From a virus: a DNA stretch of 64,000 bases. The stretch lies in the IMG/VR virus record IMGVR_UViG_3300018411_000639, positions 1 through 64,000 of that record. The stretch is one strand, 5' to 3'. Shown here in pieces: positions 53,601 to 61,760 of the stretch. Under the pieces are notes generated by a model. It made no database searches. It saw nothing but the letters and a program-made list of their open reading frames with translations, and had not been told where the DNA came from. The position numbers and the translations under genes are program-made. Within the stretch, counting starts at the first letter, position 1. Each line of letters begins with the position of its first letter.

Positions 53601-56428
53601 GCATACTTCCTTAGATCGAAGTTGACTTCGGATAGGCCTAAGCTATTGTCTATGTTGATGACCTGCATTCCGCCGCTCGGCGTCTGGTAAACTTCGTAGG
53701 ATTCATCCTTCGGTCGTGCGCCTGCAGTTGTGCCAATATCGACACCCAGTTCCTGTAGTTTTGGGGTCAGCAGATCGCCTGCGACAGCCGCATCGTCGGG
53801 CATCGCTCGTGATGGAGAACCTCCCGATGAAACTTGGGCTGCAGCTTCCTCTCCGCCTTCGGTAGAAGGAGCCGAACCCTGTTGCCCAGGAATCGCCGCT
53901 TGCAGACTCGGATCGACAAGTGGTTCCGTGTAAGAGGTTGCTCCGCCCTTCTGCCAATACTCTTCATGCATCCGAAGACGCGGCTTGAGGATACGACCGA
54001 TAGTAGCGCCGAAGGCCGGCCCGATGACAGGGATATTCTCGCCCTCTGGGGAAGTCATGAGGTATGGTCTGTCGTTGTAGTGCTTGCGGTCATAATAATA
54101 CTTGTCGGTGACGAAGTGACGAATCGGAGCCAATGGCTGCGTGAGTGTCGGGAACCATGCGTTCTTGAAGTATTCTTCACGGCTTCCGAACTTACTGTCG
54201 GAGAATTCTGCGTCACCCATGATTCTTCTGTAAAGGTTGGGTTGGAAGTATTGGATCTTTCCACCTGTCAAAGGCGTATTACCCATGTCCCAATAGCGTC
54301 CCTTTCTTACTTCCGTCATACCGCTCTCGTAATATTCTTCCCGTTCCTCTGTGGTGCTGGTCCAGTCTACGACGTTGATGCCGGGAATGTCTGCGATCTG
54401 TTCCGATCCTGGAGTCAGGTCGGCAATCTCTTTGGCGACTTTGGTGATGCCCAAGGAGTCCTTTACGCGATGCCAGCCGAGGTCAAAGTTCTTAACGTTC
54501 CTTGCGGTTCGCATCGTGATGTTGTCAGGGCTTCCGTTCTCGTCCTCGTCTCCGCCCTCGGTCAGGTAGTTCAGGTATTGATACCCCTGATAGGCTCCGT
54601 AGACAGGAAGGAATCGTTTCAGGACGAGGTTCGCTGCGATGTGTCCGACAGAGGCTTTGCTTTCGTTACTCATGCCCGGACCGAACATCCCGATAGCTTG
54701 ATCCATTCGGTCAAACATGAAGTACGGCAAACTCGTTCTGGATGTGACGTTATCTCCGATGGTGTCCGGCCCGCCCTCTACCTTCTTGCGTCCGGCAACG
54801 AATTGGTGCGCCCAATCTTTCAGGTCATACCCTTTGTCTTCTTTGAAGGCATCACGGAGGTTGTGGCTGTCACGGAAGGCGACAATCAGATCCTCTCCTT
54901 CTGGTGCGTTACCGAAAGCCCCCGATAGGTCGTGCTGAGATGTGACGGACTTGGACGCATGGAACATGTTCGTCTTGCCCAACTTGCGTCCCATCTCTTC
55001 GATGTAATGGTCCGGCTTGAAGATGTCAGCAAGACCTGTTTCTTGTTGATAGAGGTGCTCAACGGCCTTATCTTGAAAGCCGAGGTCAAGTGTTTCCATC
55101 ATCTTGCCGTAAAGCCGTTGGTAGGTTTTACTTTTCTCATCGTGATGCTCGTAGTCCACCAAGTTCAGGTTTGCCATCTTCCGCATCTGATCGACTTCCC
55201 GAGGCAGCCCATACGGGCCCTGTTTCTCTTTGGGTATCTTCCAGACATGGTAGTTGCTCCCGACTTTCTCAAGACCACCCATATCATCGTTGATCCTGAA
55301 CACATTCCCGTCCGAGAAGAGGAGAGGTTTGTCACCAAAGACATCCTTTATTTTGCTGTCTGTTCTGCCTGCGAGCTTGGTAACGTGAGGTTGGTACGTG
55401 TTGGCGTGCAGAAGTCCTGAAGATAGCTTGGTCCGGTTCATCTGATCGACGTCGAACAAGCGGAGCGGATTGATGCCTACAGCCGGAATCTTGAAGTCTG
55501 TTGCAAGGGAGTGGACGAGATTATTCTTCGCCTTATCTGCCTTCCGGACGTCAATGAACTCCCCGAACTCGTCCACCATGATGTTTTTATCAAGCACGAT
55601 GTTCTTGTACTTGTTAGATGAAAGCAGTGTTTCGGTTACGCCTTCCTCTGTGGTGTAGGCTGTGTTGATAAACTGATTGATCCTGTCAAGCGTCCCATCT
55701 TTGTCATCCAGACGGATGCGGTCGGTACGGGATTGCACGCCCCCGTTCTTCGCTACATGGATAAGGTCTTCCAGTGTGGCAGAACGGTAGCCTGACCGTT
55801 TCATCTTCTTCTGCCCCTCTTCGGCTGCCTGCGTCATCTTTCTGCTGACATCCTGCATGAGTTGCGACTGGACAGGTTTCCTCGCCTGAGCGACCCCTGC
55901 TTTGTTCAGTCCATCTAAAGTTGACTTCATGCGGCCCATCTCGTACCCAAGGTCAGTGTCCGAGTAAGTATGGAGCGTAACGTCTTTTGCTGCCTCGGAT
56001 AGCTTTTTGTTTTTGCTGATGACTTCCTTGTTCAGGTTCTTGATGTCGCGTCGTGTTTCTGACATCATCTCATTGAAGTTCCGGGGATTCGTCATGCGCT
56101 TCAGGTTGGCTTTCGTAGGCTCCATCCGCAACAGACTTGCCTTCGGAGCTTCGGTATTGTTCTTGCTCCAACGACGCATGGTCTGCATCGTAGTGTCCCC
56201 GTACCCCTGAAAGTCATCTGCGTAGCGGAGCAGCTCTTTGATACCGCCTTTCAGCAAGCCCGATCGGTAAGCGGCGATACCCGCGATGCCGATAGCGGAA
56301 GCGATGAGTGTACGCTTTAGTGAGCTATTCTCTCGGGCCATACCTGTCGTATCGTCTTCCGTATAATCGCTATCTCTCGATCTGACTCTCTGTGTTCTTC
56401 GCTTTTCCCATTTGCGTTCGGATTGCAT
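50696..56428 (-). CDS. 1910-aa protein in the tape-measure position, with PD-(D/E)XK (Cas4/RecB-like) and SNase-like domains
   Basis: Follows the tail chaperones; GTEYH...GFYDA...VDIKT...QVNYY; VKKMLSNNTF...IKLAGV...AVVY..G.NVNK.MV..GLA; several Gly-rich hydrophobic helices; true start may be Met at 56341. Confidence 0.7.
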   Translation of the reverse strand: MQSERKWEKRRTQRVRSRDSDYTEDDTTGMARENSSLKRTLIASAIGIAGIAAYRSGLLKGGIKELLRYADDFQGYGDTTMQTMRRWSKNNTEAPKASLLRMEPTKANLKRMTNPRNFNEMMSETRRDIKNLNKEVISKNKKLSEAAKDVTLHTYSDTDLGYEMGRMKSTLDGLNKAGVAQARKPVQSQLMQDVSRKMTQAAEEGQKKMKRSGYRSATLEDLIHVAKNGGVQSRTDRIRLDDKDGTLDRINQFINTAYTTEEGVTETLLSSNKYKNIVLDKNIMVDEFGEFIDVRKADKAKNNLVHSLATDFKIPAVGINPLRLFDVDQMNRTKLSSGLLHANTYQPHVTKLAGRTDSKIKDVFGDKPLLFSDGNVFRINDDMGGLEKVGSNYHVWKIPKEKQGPYGLPREVDQMRKMANLNLVDYEHHDEKSKTYQRLYGKMMETLDLGFQDKAVEHLYQQETGLADIFKPDHYIEEMGRKLGKTNMFHASKSVTSQHDLSGAFGNAPEGEDLIVAFRDSHNLRDAFKEDKGYDLKDWAHQFVAGRKKVEGGPDTIGDNVTSRTSLPYFMFDRMDQAIGMFGPGMSNESKASVGHIAANLVLKRFLPVYGAYQGYQYLNYLTEGGDEDENGSPDNITMRTARNVKNFDLGWHRVKDSLGITKVAKEIADLTPGSEQIADIPGINVVDWTSTTEEREEYYESGMTEVRKGRYWDMGNTPLTGGKIQYFQPNLYRRIMGDAEFSDSKFGSREEYFKNAWFPTLTQPLAPIRHFVTDKYYYDRKHYNDRPYLMTSPEGENIPVIGPAFGATIGRILKPRLRMHEEYWQKGGATSYTEPLVDPSLQAAIPGQQGSAPSTEGGEEAAAQVSSGGSPSRAMPDDAAVAGDLLTPKLQELGVDIGTTAGARPKDESYEVYQTPSGGMQVINIDNSLGLSEVNFDLRKYALSKAVSADTRVDTTPPVTPEPTIGDVASPNSVGHSLSEQANQWGDIAGIYGFAIQGFVTGEAQAEKEVIDTPGWSMSFNRQFWDQNAGGLGGEFSEIFRRFLPKRRNDVAYINPIKNTMPEWMPGEDYFTNFQTGDPYTKVAKGEMRLPGEGYERTWNIKDPTALRVGSSTLGKEPEEIIKHLLNQDPITDEGLQSIVDEGTEYHKKIEDMWLKSGLALDTEGKIEDEENGVLGFYDAVIHDESSRTKIGVVDIKTISDKGFREVLKTGEARADHHKQVNYYMWALGQEKGNGYVQYINRDDPNQTYTAKFKYSDDLLQESLNNLRTARDYIRNGIADGSIGRGELYDPIDRLRILGDVAPYSREYAETKAMLSKMKITTEEQEEVSAIDNRVTEAKEPMRIYPYRFKTANLEMKTVTVKKMLSNNTFIANEMPDNPIKLAGVHVSEAMADGTGEEASKQLAQLLKPGRSVRIGYDMDEANQVTKDTVNSIRAVVYSNGLNVNKTMVKRGLATEKEDDFTPASIHARYNPMEIAFGKAWEAVSHLNTPFHTKVLQVRSAAESYEQREVYGKDFQNWTHPVRDFLIPAIRESINRPSGLIWGTLLGSAFGSTRYGKILGALTGFSVTAIGKAIVGTKEATTGERWIPETRQKERNLNEYIDTLKYVKYRGLYEEYAQKTLKEEGFDVKAFMKSAEFNGQDKKARKRDLMDFKKFIKMNYADRDQFEFKTGAPKYVDMQASQSLIVGQINKELTEIQSDRSVTRLSSDATKAIDYYNKSEKTMYGYDRGDPLANILAALPKTDRQYMKYFMKAPEEEKGKILSLAPKYLRRALESTWGMPVEDKPSLDAYFQENVLPDAEWEGWNEETDLDSVKIKMIKQQGLDFGEFDVWQDQIDQANAEGEIPLPKMNVRSNALTVRNKLMDVLTEMGLEDIEVDYRYSTRDVGVDVKMKKDKRQEIEEKIRTSKLV

Positions 56429-57095
56429 TCATCACACCCTCATTCTGCCAATGGACGCCTCCGATGAGAGGGAAGTCCATGAAGTCTTTCTTCTGGTTAA
56501 ATTCGTCTTTGAAGTATATCATCGGATCCATTCCGTTAGCCCTCAGTTCATCCACAAACGCTTTGTTGTCAGAACCCGAGTTCTCGGCGTACTCCTCTAC
56601 TTCTTGTTGGTTGGTGGTGAGTTGGATGTTATGACCTTTCAGGTTCAGGATTCTCTCTGCCCTTGCTACCGCCAGCATCAAGCGATCCCATGTCCAGTCT
56701 TCCATCTGCTCGTAGGAGTATTCCGGCATAGCCGCCTTGACGACAGCCATACACTCCTGGTCGAATTGCTTGGTCTTTCTCTTCCCTTTCTCGTAGGCAT
56801 CCAGAACGGAACCCAAACTGGTGAAGTTTGAAGCCTCGACGATCATCGGGCACGCATACGCCGACACCCCCGCAAGAGGGTAGTTCTCGAAGTCAATGTC
56901 TGCGGGCTCAAGGATGGCCGCTTGGCAGATGGCATCTTCCATGTCGTGGTCATCCTGCGTCAAGTTGGTGATGTCCCGATACTCTTTTCGCGTCAGGGTC
57001 CGAAAGACGAATTCTTTATTCTGAAAAAGGACATAAATCACTTTATGTCCTTCATGTGCTTCTTTGTGGTAAAACAAATCATAGATGGAGATCAT
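56370..57095 (-). CDS. Tail assembly chaperone-like protein 2
   Basis: FVFRTLTRKEY motif shared with the upstream paralogue; between the tube genes and the tape-measure-like gene. Confidence 0.6.
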   Translation of the reverse strand: MISIYDLFYHKEAHEGHKVIYVLFQNKEFVFRTLTRKEYRDITNLTQDDHDMEDAICQAAILEPADIDFENYPLAGVSAYACPMIVEASNFTSLGSVLDAYEKGKRKTKQFDQECMAVVKAAMPEYSYEQMEDWTWDRLMLAVARAERILNLKGHNIQLTTNQQEVEEYAENSGSDNKAFVDELRANGMDPMIYFKDEFNQKKDFMDFPLIGGVHWQNEGVMNAIRTQMGKAKNTESQIER

Positions 57096-57106
57096 TGCAT
57101 TGCCCC

Positions 57107-57712
57107 CTATAATATCTGGATGGAGTAGTCTTTTGTGAATCCGCTATTCTCCATGACGATCTGTGCATAGGTTGACGGGATGCCCGCTTTTCCGATAGCC
57201 ATCTTACGGAAGTCGTACTTGCTTGGCCAAAGCGTACAGGTCTCACAAATGATTTCTTCTCTCTGCAGAGGGTCAAGGTTTGGGATAGCTGCGAGCTGTT
57301 TGTACTCGAAGCGGTTCAGAGTGCGGAAGACGAAGTACTGTCCCATGATTTCGATAGCCATAAGGTTGTAGTCTTCCCATTGGCGCTTCCACGTTTCGAC
57401 TTGTGTGATGGTAGGTCCACCCACAAAGAGGGGTTCGTCATAAGCGTAGAGTTCAGGGTTGTCGCCGAGTTCTCCTTCTTCCGGCTCGCTTCTCAGCGTA
57501 GGTAGGTCTTCCCACTCTTCCGGTTCGTTCTGCAGATGAACACTTTCCTCGGTTTCTTCGCTTGTGTCGGAATTGACACCTTCAACTACTTCATTGTCAT
57601 CTCGGAACGATGCGTACAGGTCTTCGTTTGCTGCAGGTTCCTCACTGATTTGCTTGGATAGTTTTTCTTTGGCTTGCTTTGCTAATTGATCTAGGTTTCC
57701 TCCGCTGAACAT
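57107..57712 (-). CDS. Tail assembly chaperone-like protein 1
   Basis: Acidic N-terminus, then QVETWK...FVFRTLNRFEY...AGIP...I...SGF. Confidence 0.65.
   Translation of the reverse strand: MFSGGNLDQLAKQAKEKLSKQISEEPAANEDLYASFRDDNEVVEGVNSDTSEETEESVHLQNEPEEWEDLPTLRSEPEEGELGDNPELYAYDEPLFVGGPTITQVETWKRQWEDYNLMAIEIMGQYFVFRTLNRFEYKQLAAIPNLDPLQREEIICETCTLWPSKYDFRKMAIGKAGIPSTYAQIVMENSGFTKDYSIQIL
57564..57579 (+). repeat. Dispersed 16-bp motif (exact)
   Basis: GTGTCGGAATTGACAC. Confidence 0.9.
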
Positions 57713-57731
57713 TTACATTCCTCACTCTCTC

Positions 57732-58247
57732 TTAGTCCGTGCTTTCCTCAATATCCTGTGCAATGAAATCGTAGGTCTTGAAAAGGGGGTTCCCTGACGC
57801 ATCCACTTCCACACCTGAACTACGCAAGAACACGCGCTTTAAGGTTGTGTTCAAGGGATGGTTCGCTCCAAAGTCCACTCGGATCTCCAGATCGTTCCCT
57901 CTCAATGCTTCCGTGTTACCTTCTTTGAAGAAGGGTGTATGTTTGGGTGTCCCATCGTACTTAGGAACGCCGCCCGCTTCCTCTTCTTGTTCATATCCGG
58001 CCATAGCGTTCGTAACCAGAGCACCGTACTCTTCTTCCAGTTTAGCCTTTGTGTTGGCGTCCAGTCTCCCTGTTGCGGTCAGACCTTTCTTGGTCTGGTA
58101 AGCTTTAACGGCTTCCTCGTAAGCAAGGGTGTACTCTTTCCCGATCGCATACCCGTTCAAAGCCCCGACAGCGTTCAACATAATGCCCACTTCCTGAACC
58201 TCATCTGAGATATAAGGACTTCCGGGGACATACTTTAGTTCTGACAT
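57732..58247 (-). CDS. Peptidoglycan-binding-domain tail protein, 171 aa
   Basis: AVKAYQTKKGLTATGRLDANT PG_binding_1 signature; C-terminal Y.FIA.D tube-like strand. Confidence 0.7.
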   Translation of the reverse strand: MSELKYVPGSPYISDEVQEVGIMLNAVGALNGYAIGKEYTLAYEEAVKAYQTKKGLTATGRLDANTKAKLEEEYGALVTNAMAGYEQEEEAGGVPKYDGTPKHTPFFKEGNTEALRGNDLEIRVDFGANHPLNTTLKRVFLRSSGVEVDASGNPLFKTYDFIAQDIEESTD

Positions 58248-58301
58248 AATAGCACCTCTTTTATCTTCTCCATTTTACCATTTAACTTTGACCTTCACAA
58301 T

Positions 58302-59165
58302 CTAGGCTTTGGGGATATATACGCCAGGTTCACCTGTTTTGGAGATGTACCCTTTTGTTCCGTTGCTGAGCTGGACATAGTACCAATCCGATACAGTGCG
58401 CAGAATCCTTACGTTAGTGGATTGCTCCAGTGTTGTGATGGTTGGGTAAGTCATACCCGGACCTGTCCGTATCGCCGTATCAGGAGCCACAAATAAGTTT
58501 GCGAACGACCCTGTGTTCAATCCTTGGATGACCGCAAGTGTTTCGGTATCGAGCACGCCGGATTGATTCAAGTTGTAGTCACTCTGGATTTGACGGACGA
58601 CACCCTTTGTCTTCGTGTCGTAGAACCCGTTGATCTCGACAGCATAACCCAACTTCAGGAGTTGCGTCTGTGTTTTCCGTAATTCGTCGCTGAACTCTTT
58701 GTCCTCCAAAGACTGCAGGGAATTCAGTCTGCTTTCCTCTGCAGAGCTTGGACGGGATGAAGCTTTCCACGTAGAGCCGGACAAAGGCTGCAGGTGAGAT
58801 AAGGCGCTCTCCACCCATCCGGGGTAATTGTTCTTCTTCGCTTCCTCTGCAACTTCTTCATTCACTGAATCAACAATGGCTTCGATTTCTCTTGTGCTGT
58901 TCTCTTCGGGATTGTGGATCGGCACGCGCAACATCCCCACGACAATCCGATTCCCGATAGCGACATCATCAAAGGTACGAGAAGCGTAGCCAAAGATCGG
59001 TTTCAGTTGCTCCTGTATCTGATAACTCAAGCCAGAGATATGCGTCAGCTTTTCCCCGTTGACGTAAATAGCGACGTCGGCGCCTGAAAAGTATTCCTCG
59101 GTAAAGATGTTATGCTCCCGCGTATCGCCAGAGTTGTACTTTAAGGTAAGGCGGTCATCTGCCAT
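58302..59165 (-). CDS. Tail tube paralogue fused to PG-binding and SH3b domains
   Basis: YFSGAD....GNRIVVG tube-like N-terminus; Q.QL..LGY..NGFYD.KT (PG-binding); IRTGPG.TY...WYYV....GYI (SH3b). Confidence 0.7.
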   Translation of the reverse strand: MADDRLTLKYNSGDTREHNIFTEEYFSGADVAIYVNGEKLTHISGLSYQIQEQLKPIFGYASRTFDDVAIGNRIVVGMLRVPIHNPEENSTREIEAIVDSVNEEVAEEAKKNNYPGWVESALSHLQPLSGSTWKASSRPSSAEESRLNSLQSLEDKEFSDELRKTQTQLLKLGYAVEINGFYDTKTKGVVRQIQSDYNLNQSGVLDTETLAVIQGLNTGSFANLFVAPDTAIRTGPGMTYPTITTLEQSTNVRILRTVSDWYYVQLSNGTKGYISKTGEPGVYIPKA

Positions 59166-60847
59166 CAGTTATTCCTCCTTGTTTCAATGGTCCACTTCCA
59201 CGGCGTTTCTCCTTGAGGGTAAACAATCAGCTCCACTTGAGTCGGTTCGCTTCCTTGGTCGGGATTGTAGAGGAGCGCATCCTGTACGTCCTGCAGCGTC
59301 ATCGAACGCGAGGAGTTGGCCGGAATGATGATAGTCTTCGTAAAGACCTCCTTCTTGCCGTTAGCGTACTTGGCGATGGCGGAAACCTTCACCACTTGCG
59401 GTACGTCTTGGGTTACGCAGTCCATACCGAAAGTCTGACTGACCTCTTGCATGTTGTCCTGATAGATCAAAGTAGACTTACCTGGTTGCTTTAAGAAGAG
59501 GTACTGTGTGCCGTTCACCTGCTCTTGTTTCTCTAGTCCGGCTTCGCTTTCCAATGTCTGCCACAACTCCCGATCGACAACGCCATCAGCAGTCAGGCCG
59601 CTTTGTCGCTGAGCCTCTTTTACTGTGAGGATGGTAGCTTCATCCATTAGACCATTCACGACCACACGCCCTGCGATATACTCACGGTCAGCTAGGCTGT
59701 TGAGTGCCTTCTGTAGGACGGAAACCAAGGCCCCTTTATCGCCTTCCCTGAGTTCAGGGTAAGTACTCTCTTCTCTCTGATTCCTGTAAGCATAGACATC
59801 ATATTTGGACACGTAGCCCATCCTTGTTTCGTACCAGTCGCCTTCTTCTCCTGCTATAACCAGATCCTCTTTGTACGGATAGACAGTCAATGGTACAGAC
59901 AGAACCGAAGGACTCTCGTAAACGAGTGCGCCGCTTTTATTTGTCACGACAGCTGACGGATTGATTGGCGCGCCCCCGGCCTCATAAGACTGTAGCAACA
60001 GATAGGTTTCATCGTCCACACCGCCACTGACGCGCAAGCCCTGGCTGGATTGGAAGGCACGAACCGCATCATAAGTACGGGTGTCGTAAATGCCAGTAGA
60101 GACCAAACTGTCGTGCCCTGCAGCCCGCAGAAGGTCTTGCACTCTTCTGACATCCTGGCCACTCAAGGTGTTGGCCGGGTCCAGTGAGAGGTTTCGCTTC
60201 AAGTCCGTGCGGTAAGAGCGAAGATTCTCTGCATTCAAATCTTTGTCATAACGGATATCGAAGTCCGTCAAGGTTCGGATTGTGGCAGACCCTTGCCCCT
60301 CTGTACTGTTTCCGAACGCTTCTCCTGTGAAATTCGTCAGATCCCTTGCAACAAAGCTGAAGGTGTTCTCTGTGAAGATATCCTCTATGGAAAGAACTTG
60401 TCCTTCGTCTGTAATATCCACACCGTAAATGAACATCTGGACAGCTGAACCGTACTCATTAGCGCAGATGATCATGAGATCAAACAGAGGAAGTTCATCC
60501 GCCTTCAGTTTCCCGAACTTCTTGAGCCATGGTGCTTGGTCCAGTAACTCGTTTACCCAATGCTGATTGATAAGTGTAAAGACCATCGTGCCTGCATAGA
60601 TTCGCGTCCCACGGGTAAACCCGCCAACGTTGACCTTTCCGATCAATGGAACAGGCTTCTTGTCTCGGAACATGGAATAGGAGAAGGTAGTCAGAGAACC
60701 CAGTACGATTGGCTTTGTTTGTGGCAGTAAGGCAAACACCAGAGCATCCGTACCAGAGAAGGTTCGGTAGTATTTCGGAATAGATGAATCGGTCATTCGG
60801 CTCGCTTCGTTGTATTCTGGCAAAGCATAACACTCCTTTCGTATCAT
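59165..60847 (-). CDS. Tail tube paralogue fused to two PG-binding domains and an SH3-like domain
   Basis: TFSGTD...RG.R..AG.MVF...DELP.FD....ANEYG shared with the tube gene; two PG_binding_1 signatures. Confidence 0.75.
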   Translation of the reverse strand: MIRKECYALPEYNEASRMTDSSIPKYYRTFSGTDALVFALLPQTKPIVLGSLTTFSYSMFRDKKPVPLIGKVNVGGFTRGTRIYAGTMVFTLINQHWVNELLDQAPWLKKFGKLKADELPLFDLMIICANEYGSAVQMFIYGVDITDEGQVLSIEDIFTENTFSFVARDLTNFTGEAFGNSTEGQGSATIRTLTDFDIRYDKDLNAENLRSYRTDLKRNLSLDPANTLSGQDVRRVQDLLRAAGHDSLVSTGIYDTRTYDAVRAFQSSQGLRVSGGVDDETYLLLQSYEAGGAPINPSAVVTNKSGALVYESPSVLSVPLTVYPYKEDLVIAGEEGDWYETRMGYVSKYDVYAYRNQREESTYPELREGDKGALVSVLQKALNSLADREYIAGRVVVNGLMDEATILTVKEAQRQSGLTADGVVDRELWQTLESEAGLEKQEQVNGTQYLFLKQPGKSTLIYQDNMQEVSQTFGMDCVTQDVPQVVKVSAIAKYANGKKEVFTKTIIIPANSSRSMTLQDVQDALLYNPDQGSEPTQVELIVYPQGETPWKWTIETRRNN

Positions 60848-60851
60848 ATAG

Positions 60852-60877
60852 AAAAAGGCCGACCAAATGGCCGGCCC
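60852..60877 (-). terminator. Intrinsic terminator after the tube gene
   Basis: GGCCG.CCA..TGG.CGGCC stem followed by TTTTT on the minus strand. Confidence 0.7.
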
Positions 60878-60887
60878 TGTTCTATGT

Positions 60888-61685
60888 CTATAAGCTTGCG
60901 CTTGTAGGTTGAACGCCTTTCAGCGAGCCACCCATTTCGCGACTGTAAACGCCACGAACTAGCGGAGACAATCGTCTAGCGATGTAAGTCATCTGTCTTT
61001 CCATCACTACCGTATCTACAGACACACCGGAACTTTCGTTCAAGATGTCGATGTCATAGATTTTTTGGAATGCGGTTTGACCGTACTCATTCGCAAAAGT
61101 CAGCGTTGCATCGAACGGAGGCAATGTATCAGCGTACAAGATGTTTTCTCCACGAATCGGAGAGAACCCAGCCGGAACGTATACGTCCGCAGCGTCTTCA
61201 TAGCTTTCAACAAAGTAACCTGTGTCGTCGAAGTTCGGTTTGCCGTTACTTCCGGGTTGAGCGTTCGCCACGATTTGGCTTGTTCCGCTGAATCCGTATC
61301 CTGGGTTGTTCAGGTTAGCAGCAGCACTAGCGTTCACATTCCATTTCAGCATATTTAAAGCATCCGTAAATGCTTCGGATTTTGCTTGCACCGCGTTGCC
61401 GGCAGCTGTAAACATTGCAGCAGGAGCCACTTTGTCCCAGATAGATTGCATAGCAGTGATCAAGGAATCGTGATCGAAGACTGCGAAGACCATAGAGCCA
61501 GCAATTCCGCGTTTTCCGCGAGAAAACGAACGAGCATCAGCAGATCCCAATGTGAATACCGGAGCTTTTTCACGCTGGATCGCATAAGAGATTTGTTGCA
61601 ATTCACCTACGACTTGGTTTGCGAAGCTGACAACTAGGTCGGCACCACTGAAAGACGTTAAAGTGTTAATGGTTGGGCTTGCCAT
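60888..61685 (-). CDS. Major tail tube protein
   Basis: Immediately downstream of the sheath; SFSGAD, RGKRGIAGS and YAD.LPPFD motifs; strong AAGGAGG RBS; followed by a terminator. Confidence 0.75.
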   Translation of the reverse strand: MASPTINTLTSFSGADLVVSFANQVVGELQQISYAIQREKAPVFTLGSADARSFSRGKRGIAGSMVFAVFDHDSLITAMQSIWDKVAPAAMFTAAGNAVQAKSEAFTDALNMLKWNVNASAAANLNNPGYGFSGTSQIVANAQPGSNGKPNFDDTGYFVESYEDAADVYVPAGFSPIRGENILYADTLPPFDATLTFANEYGQTAFQKIYDIDILNESSGVSVDTVVMERQMTYIARRLSPLVRGVYSREMGGSLKGVQPTSASL

Positions 61686-61721
61686 TGAGATTCCTCCTTT
61701 GTTTATGTGGCCTGACTATTG

Positions 61722-61741
61722 CCGGGGCTTTTACACCCCGG
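61722..61741. other. Intergenic hairpin between sheath and tube genes
   Basis: CCGGGG-CTTTTACA-CCCCGG with no clear U-tract. Confidence 0.4.
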
Positions 61742-61760
61742 ATTGGTCGGCGTTGCTAGA

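Noticed and set aside
14320-54928. Long plus-strand ORFs such as 14320..15126, 23065..23949, 40049..40969, 48955..49773 and 53834..54928
   Set aside because: They are antisense shadows of long minus-strand genes, with no recognisable motifs
4660-57579. TTGACA within the 16-bp motif as a set of plus-strand sigma-A promoters
   Set aside because: At the copies checked (4660 and 11832) there is no good -10 hexamer at 16-18 bp, and conservation extends upstream as a palindrome rather than downstream
570-57579. The 16-bp motif as a conserved peptide (VNSDT), canonical parS, matS or CRISPR repeat
   Set aside because: It occurs in three reading frames and between genes; it does not match parS (TGTTNCACGTGAAACA) or matS (GTGACRNYGTCAC); copies are not regularly spaced
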